A stretch of DNA of 64,000 bases from positions 327,918,001 to 327,982,000 of the forward strand of contig OZ024742.1 of NCBI GenBank assembly GCA_964016885.1, read 5' to 3'. Shown in pieces: positions 56,588 through 64,000 of the stretch. The position numbers were made by a program, and so were the translations under genes. The notes beneath the pieces are model-generated. The model was given only the letters and a program-made list of their open reading frames with translations, searched no databases and was not told the origin of the DNA. This DNA is from Eledone cirrhosa. Its lineage: Eukaryota. Numbering within the stretch: position 1 is the first letter of the stretch; each line of letters opens with the position of its first letter.

Positions 56588-57420
56588 CATTAACAGAGAA
56601 AGCTTTAAGCAATACTCCGACCGACATCCATCTCACTCAATAAACATTAGGATATACCTGAGTATAACCCTAATTATATGTTTGTGGTACTAACTATATT
56701 GTATTTTGCAGATAGCCGGCCGTATTATTTTATATGAGAGATAATTAAATACATCTCTCATTCCAAACGATCGTTTCGTTATAAGTTTTCTACAAATTGG
56801 GAAAATAATGTCCAGGTTATGTAGAAGCCTGCATATAGTCCATAGGTATACATGCAGGTGGGCACTTATAACTCATCAGTGGATGCCCAGCAATATCAAT
56901 ATAAAAAACCATACTGATATTAAGATTCAGCGATGGTCCCCGTCAGTGCTAGAATGACCGCCAAATTTGAAATTCCAGCAGTCTCTCAAAAAGAAATTTC
57001 ACACTGTCCCCCAAACGGGAAGGGGAGGTCATTGTAAAACAGAAAATAATATATACGGAGGTCAATTAATTCTGTCATGAATTTTAACCACGCGTGAAGA
57101 ACTCAATTGGATATTAAAAATATAAATATATGTATGTATACGCACATAGGTTTATTTTCTCAGGCTAAAACGGACATGAGATACAGGTAAAACAATCAAT
57201 ACTTCATACACAGAATAAATAAAGAAAGTCATACCTAGATATCTGGAATTTTCAACTCCGGCCAATTCAAGAGTATAATACTTAATACATTAACAGAGAA
57301 TGCTTTAAGCAATACTCCGACCGACATCCATCTCACTCAGCAAACATTAGGATATACCTGAGTATAACCCTAATTATATGTTTGGGGTGCTAACTATATT
57401 GTACTTTGCAGATAGCCGGC
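56585..57420 (-). mobile_element. 700-bp HHR unit with 136-bp terminal direct repeat
   Basis: 56585-56720 repeats at 57285-57420. (TA)n on both sides, and no ORF. Confidence 0.85.
56762..56883 (-). ncRNA. Type-I HHR motif with branched helix II domain
   Basis: TCCA-CTGATGA-GTTATAAG-[~80 nt]-CTTATAAC-GAAA-CGATCG-TT-TGGA. Confidence 0.82.
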
Positions 57421-57421
57421 T

Positions 57422-57454
<33 letters not shown>

Positions 57455-57458
<4 letters not shown>

Positions 57459-57756
57459 TGGTTAAAAAAGTTCCATGTATTTTATTAAGCGCATTTCAAA
57501 AACAAATATCATCCTGGGACGATATTTGCGTTCTCATCAGATAAAATAGGGAGACATGAAATGATGCTTAAAAAAAACACTTGTGAACAAAGTAGTGTCT
57601 AATCAACATATGATAAATAAATTTATAAGTATATAGAAGATTGAAAAAAGGGAAGGAAGGGGGAAAAAAGAAGCGAAGAGGAGAAAGGAAAAAAGAAGGA
57701 AAGGATAACGGAGGAAGAATATAAGAAGGAGGGAGGAGAGAGAAAGAGAAAGGAGA

Positions 57757-57829
<73 letters not shown>

Positions 57830-59703
57830 GGGGATTGAGAAACATTTAAACTGAAAAACGCTGTCTCCACTGAAAAATAACTGAAAAAACGGTTGTAAAT
57901 TTATAAATAAATAAAAAAATAAAAAAATAAAAAAATAAAAAAATAAAAAAATAAAAAAATAAAAAAATAAAACATTGATGATGTTTATGATTGATGATGT
58001 TTATGATTACAGATATAGAAATTAAGTATACTAGGGTTTATATACTGAAGGATTGATTAAGATGTGCGAAAAAAAGTTTTATTAAAATGTATTATTAAGA
58101 TAAAATAAAGTAAAATAAGATAAGGTGAATAAAAATAACATTAAATGATTTATAAGCTTAGAAGACGATATAGCGTCCTAGTTTGTTTAAATAGATTGTA
58201 ATTGAAAAAGTATTTCTGTGAAAAAGTAATTATTTAAGCAAAGACAAGCATGGAAAGAGAGAAGAATAAAGAAAAAAAAACGAGGAAGAAAAAATGACGT
58301 CAAAATTTGTTTACAAAATTCACTTAATGTTAATATTAATAGATTTGAAGTAAAAAATTGGGAAATATACCGGCTTAAGAAAAAGTGATATTGAGAAGAA
58401 ATGATATAAAGATGAACTATTTAAAAAAAATGTGTATCCCCAAGAAGATGAAGGAGTTTGCTATAGTGAATTAAAAAATTAGTGGACCAAAAAAGTCATA
58501 GTATGAATGAACTTTGTAGAATGTACTGAAATATGCGAGAAAAAAAGGGGTATATGTGTAAAAAAGATATATATGTGTGAGAAAAAGTTTGTAATCATAA
58601 TTACGGAGTAAGATCTTAGCTGTATACTTCGTGAAATGACCAAATCGATTTATGGATGCAAAGCGAAAATAAATCTGTGCGTCTATTTATTATAGAGTTA
58701 ACATTAGAGATAATGGTAAATTTTTCGCTAAGCATAAATTACAAGTTCTAGATATGGAAGCGTTGGAAAATGGAGAAGCATTGCATATTTTACGGCAAGA
58801 CATTTTGTAATTATGTTTTTGTCTTTTAAGGACCAGATGAGTTCTGAGAGTGCAGTGTTTATTCTTTTAAGTGGGTATTTAAAAGACGAAGAATGGTTTT
58901 ATAATCTTGCCTTAAAGGAAGTAGAAGTAGAGCCAATGTAGGTATAAGAATTGGTACTAGTTATCACCTTACATTCGTATACTAAATTTTTTATCGAGGC
59001 AGTAATTATTAAGAGGACATTTAGTTCTATTAGGGCAATTACATTTACGATTAATGTTATTAACAGAGTTATATGCAAGTGGCCCAGAATTATTTATAGA
59101 AGGAATTGTAGTGGAGAAATTAACTAAAGGAGGTGCTAATGTTTGTTTCCTGATTTAGATTACTATTAAGAGCATTCATCGAAATTACGTTTGACGTCGT
59201 ATTTATATTTAAGTTATCTTGTCTAGAGTTTACATTGACGTCGGGCCTTATAGTGTTATTACTATGACGCTCAGGGTTGGATGGATATGAGTTATTATTT
59301 AATATTTTAGTATTATGTTTTGAGATAATGTTAGAAATGTTGGAAGTGGTGGAATAAGAGAATTTAATTGTATGCTTATTAAAGATCTTACTATAAAAAT
59401 GTGAACGAGGGAAGCAATTATCTAACGCCCTAAAAATAATTTAGGAATATTACTAATAATAGAAAGAGAAAAGGGAGCGCTGTACCAAATAATATTTTTA
59501 TATCTAGGTCTCCTCTTTATGTTATTGGAATGCTTATAACTAGCTATATTACTATAAATGCTGCCATGGTTGGTTTCATTAGTGTATTTAATTCTGTCTG
59601 GATAACCAGCTCTGGATAGCGCATTATTGTAATAATTGGCTTTAGCGTCATAGATAAGTTTATTAGAAGATAGATTAGAAATTCTACAATAAAACTCACC
59701 TCC
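57455..59703 (-). mobile_element. Degenerate Nematis-type PLE (3' part of ORF, 3' UTR, HHR)
   Basis: Minus-strand translation gives YYNNALSRAGY, RPRYKNIIWYSAPFS, KCNCPNRTKCPLNNYCL, LVYECKV...YIGST and INRRTDLFSLCIH. Confidence 0.82.
57480..57546 (-). ncRNA. Type-I HHR motif at the PLE 3' end
   Basis: TTTTAT-CTGATGA-gaacgCAAATATCGTC ccag GATGATATTTGttttt-GAAA-TGCGCT-TA-ATAAAA. Confidence 0.7.
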
Positions 59704-59704
59704 T

Positions 59705-59762
<58 letters not shown>

Positions 59763-60249
59763 CATACAGGTAATCCATTTTTAAAACAAACTAAAACTCA
59801 CACACCACATGTACAACAAATAACAAAAAAGTAACACAACATGCACAACAAATAACAAAAAAAGTAACAAAACGTCCAACATATCCCCAGCAAAACTATA
59901 ACGATAATCCCAGAACCCATAGATGAAACTATAACCCTACTAACAAAAACCGAAGATCCCCCAACACAAGACAGGACCCGATCCGCAGATCACAACCCAC
60001 ACAAAACCTATTCCAAAACCGTAGACCCCTGCCCACACAGAGCCTGTTCCAAAACCGTAGATCCCAACCCACACAAAGGAACAAAATCTACAACCCGGAC
60101 TATCAACAAACCGAACATCAATACGTCCGAAACTTCTATACAAGACCACACAACAAACGGGGAAATACCATTAGATATAATAATACCTTTGAAAAAACAT
60201 TCCAGAAAAATCATTTTTTAGACCAAGGCTACAGGACCCACAACACCCG

Positions 60250-62474
60250 TTGGCACAAACCGATTTTGAAAAACCGAAAATAATCAACCTTTCAAACACA
60301 AACCTCTCAGCCCCACAAGTAAAAATTATCTCCAAAGGACTGAAATTCACACCAACACCACAATACTCTAACCCCAATGAGATAAATGACGATATCTCAC
60401 ACTTCTGTAGAAAATTACGTCTCACAGAGGAATTCTTTGACAAGGAGAATAACGACGTATCAATTGTACGGAATAAAAGCAGCTACAACCCAACAAAAGG
60501 TAGAAACAGAGTTCTGGACACATTTTGTGACCACATAGCTACTTTCCCATACCATGAACTACCGCAACCTAAACCCAAACCCAACACGAGTCGAAGAGAA
60601 TGGGAGATTATCCATGAACTAAAAAACAATACGGACATTATAATTAAGGAAGCGGACAAGGGAAGTACTGTTGTCATTATGGATGCTAAAAATATAAAAA
60701 TTCTATGTTCTCTCTCTTACAAAATACTAATTACTATGAAAGAGTAAAATCTACCAGCAATCAAAAACAATGACCAGATTAAACACACTGATTTGTCGAT
60801 ACCAGGAAGACTTAACGAAAAAGGAACGCGATTATTTAACACATTTTGAATACAAAACCAGCAACCTTTACGGACTTCCGAAAATCCACAAGTGTAAAAT
60901 AATTAACGACGCCTGTAAACAATCCACTTCAGCCTGCGTGAACACACAATACCCCACAGACCTTAAATTAAGACCAATTGTAGCGGGCCCATAATGTAAA
61001 ACATACAGACTAAGCAACTTTATAGACATACTAATAAAACCAATTCTCAAACACATACCAAGCCTTGTAAGAGACGATCTGGACCTCTTAAACCACCTCC
61101 CCAAACATGTCAACAACGACACTATTATTGTCTTTCGATGTAGTGAATCTCTACACAACGATCCCACACCAATACGGACTAGAAGCAATAGGATTCTGGC
61201 TAGAGAAATATCCCAATGAGATACCTGGCAGAATAGAAAAAAGCTTCATTACCGAGGGATTAAAATTTATCTTACAGAACAACTTTTTTGATTTCGATGG
61301 CAGTACTTACAAGCAAATATCGGGGACTGCGATGGGTACAAAAGCCGCTCCAACTTATGCCAACTTAGTCATGGCATACTTAGAAGTCCAGATATATGAA
61401 CAGTCCAAATCAAAATACGGATTGAACTTCCACAAATATTTATCAGAGAATTGGAAACGCTACTTGGATGATTGTCTCATTCTTTGGTCCCACACACTCG
61501 ACCAACTGAAGGATTTCAAAAACTTAATAAACGGCATCAATAACCACATCCAATTCACAATGGAATACAGCCAAGATCAACTCCCATTTCTGGACATCTT
61601 AATCTTAAAAAAAGACACAAATATTGAAACTGACATACACTACAAACCAACAGATTCTAAACAATACCTGCTATTCACCTCCAACCATCCAAAGCACACG
61701 AAAACGAGCATTCCTTTTAACATAGCAAGAAGAATTTGTACAATTGTCTCCAATTATGAAACGCGAAATAAAAGACTTCCAAATGTACCCACCGTTACTA
61801 ATAAATAATGGAATAGAAAGCGCTAAAGCAATAGGCATTGATGAATTACAAAACAGAAACAAATTCAAGGTACGTCGAATATTCTATCATATATCTCAAC
61901 ACACAACACAAGATATGCGGAAGCTTACAACACTATTCACAAGAACATCCCATTATTAAAACAAGACCCAAGAATGAAAAAAGCCCTTGAAACACACAAA
62001 ATAATCAAAAGCAAAAGACAACGGAAATCACTGAAAACATTACTCACCAATGCCAAATTACCTACCACAAACCCACAACCACCTGTCAAAAAATGTGGTC
62101 GCTCTAATTGTGGAATCTGCACTCACCTCATTGAAGGCAACACGTATACATTTAAATCAGGACAAAAGTTTGCTGTAAAAAATCACTTCACTTGCTCATT
62201 AAAAAATCTAATTTATGCCATTTAATATAAAGGATGCAATGAAGATTATATAGGACAAACTAAACTCACACTCAGAAACAGAATGACAGTTCATCGCCAA
62301 CAATTACGAGATCCAACCACGAGACAGATACCACTAAGCGCACATCTAGACATATGCGCAAGTAATAAGACACCCAAATTCCAAGTCTTCCCATTTTACC
62401 TTTGCGCTAACAATACAACAGAACAAATACGAATAAGTAAGGACAATATGTTCATTCAAAAATATTCCTACTAA
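60250..62474 (+). pseudogene. PLE RT + GIY-YIG polyprotein, multiply frameshifted
   Basis: KGLKFTPTP, KEADKGSTVVIMD, LYGLPKIHK, LRPIVAG, SFDVVNLYTTIP, GTAMGTKAAPTYAN, RYLDD, LPFLDI, YKPTD, the CGRSNCGIC linker, NLIYAI...YIGQT and RMTVHRQQ. Confidence 0.92.
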
Positions 62475-62487
62475 AGGAATCATTTTC

Positions 62488-62556
<69 letters not shown>

Positions 62557-63139
62557 ACAGCCATATACACACATACACAACTCCCTCCCCCATTTCTACT
62601 AATAGAATCATCTTCCAATACACACAGACACAAGCACACAAAATTGCTTTATTTCAATAGAAAATCTGAATTCTGACACCCCAGCGAACTAACCATATTC
62701 ACTGAACCAGAACAATTATCTCATCCCATTTCTCTTGACCATTATCTTTTGCTTGTCATAAAATTCTCTAAAAAGGCTACAGAATAGGTTTCCAAATAAG
62801 GGCGCGAAATTTAATGAAAACTTGTTCACATGACAGCCATAATTTTATGTATAACCAATCAAATTACATTTATAAAAAAAAAGCCTTCGTGAGCCCCTTT
62901 TTTAAGTAAAAAGAAATTCAAACACTCATATATGAAAAAACAACCTGAGCCCTCCCCCTCCCTTGTTTGAAGAACTTTGTAACGCGAACTGGCGCGAAAT
63001 TTATTATAATTATTGACCAACCAATCAAATTACTTCTCTAAAAACCTGGCGTTTCGAGCCACTTTTTTCCATATAAAACAAGTAATATTCAAAGACCAAC
63101 CAGATGTGAGAAAAACCACAGCCCTCCATCTCAATTCTA

Positions 63140-63175
63140 CTTTTGAAAAGCAGAAGAACTGCGAAACCGGTAAAG
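63140..63175 (+). ncRNA. Minimal type-I HHR motif, U3-A8 core variant
   Basis: CTT-TTGAAAA-GCAG aagaa CTGC-GAAA-CCGG-TA-AAG. Confidence 0.72.
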
Positions 63176-63244
63176 GAACCAAATAAATATATATATTTTT
63201 TTAAAAATAAGACTCCAGTTGCATTTTCGATTTCATCTTTTTTT

Positions 63245-63329
<85 letters not shown>

Positions 63330-63463
63330 CGGTAAATAGAAATAACAACACAATCGGAACAGTATATGGAAGGTATATATTAGGTTAACGCTTGATATTG
63401 CAGGAAGAAGGTATTAACGTTTTGGACGCTAGTCCTTCATCAGAAGTAAGAATGAGAAATAAG

Positions 63464-63563
<100 letters not shown>

Positions 63564-64000
63564 TTATAGCATGACGTGCTCCGCAAGGTTCCTGGCGGAA
63601 GATAAAGTGAAATATAAAAAGTAGAATGATAGACGAAAGTAAGAAACGGAAAAAAAGAGAACTTCATCAGAGGACAGCATTTGTGTATTTAGATAGATAT
63701 TTTGTATATATATATATATCTGTGTGTATATATATATATATTGTTATACTTTGGGAGGGTCATGTTGCCAATAAGAAACACATGCACCAGCTTTCACTCC
63801 AATTTATTATAAATTAAAAAAAAAATTTATAAATTTCTGCTTGGTTGGTTGTTTCCACAACCAGACAGCTGTTCATATATTGTCAGAACAAAGGGGAGGC
63901 ACAAAACAAAAAAAAGAATCCCCAGTCACTGAAGAGGTCACAGAATGTGTGACGAAAGAACTTTGACAATATATGAACAACCGTCCGGTTGTGGAACCAA

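Larger units (their letters stand above)
59765..63250 (+). mobile_element. Near-complete Neptune-type Penelope-like retroelement
   Basis: RT plus C-terminal GIY-YIG, with a 3' pLTR carrying an HHR at 63140-63175. Bounded by (TA)n on both sides. Confidence 0.9.

Noticed and set aside
60250-62474. Naiad-type (N-terminal endonuclease, selenoprotein) PLE
   Set aside because: The GIY-YIG is C-terminal with a Cx4Cx2C linker. The interruptions I could read are frameshifts and TAA stops, not Cys-aligned TGA.

Overview
This is AT-rich eukaryotic intergenic or intronic DNA saturated with microsatellites: (TA)n, (CA)n, (GA)n and (TATG)n. The repeat make-up resembles a coleoid cephalopod (octopus-like) genome, which is an inference. 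No cellular protein-coding gene is recognisable, and nearly all listed ORFs are translations of simple repeats. Recognisable content: (i) a ~6.5-kb GT-rich satellite domain with 88-89-bp and 29-bp units; (ii) a full-length but disrupted Tx1-clade LINE plus a second 5'-truncated copy, both in the same TC/TATC microsatellite; (iii) an RTE LINE fragment; (iv) three Penelope-like element (PLE) coding remnants, one Neptune-type RT+GIY-YIG and two Nematis-type GIY-YIG; (v) tRNA-derived SINEs and non-autonomous Helitrons. The main hidden signal, read by eye on both strands, is a dense set of about 13 sequence-unrelated families of minimal type-I hammerhead ribozyme (HHR) motifs, most with palindromic helix III. 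They sit in short non-coding cassettes inserted in (TA)n tracts, often as fold-back inverted repeats. The set includes a 424-bp tandem retrozyme-like array, a 700-bp terminally redundant unit with a branched helix II, U3-A8 compensatory-core variants, repeated snap-back at ribozyme helix II, and a Helitron inserted within a ribozyme cleavage triplet. All structures are predicted manually, none has been tested for activity, and element boundaries are approximate.
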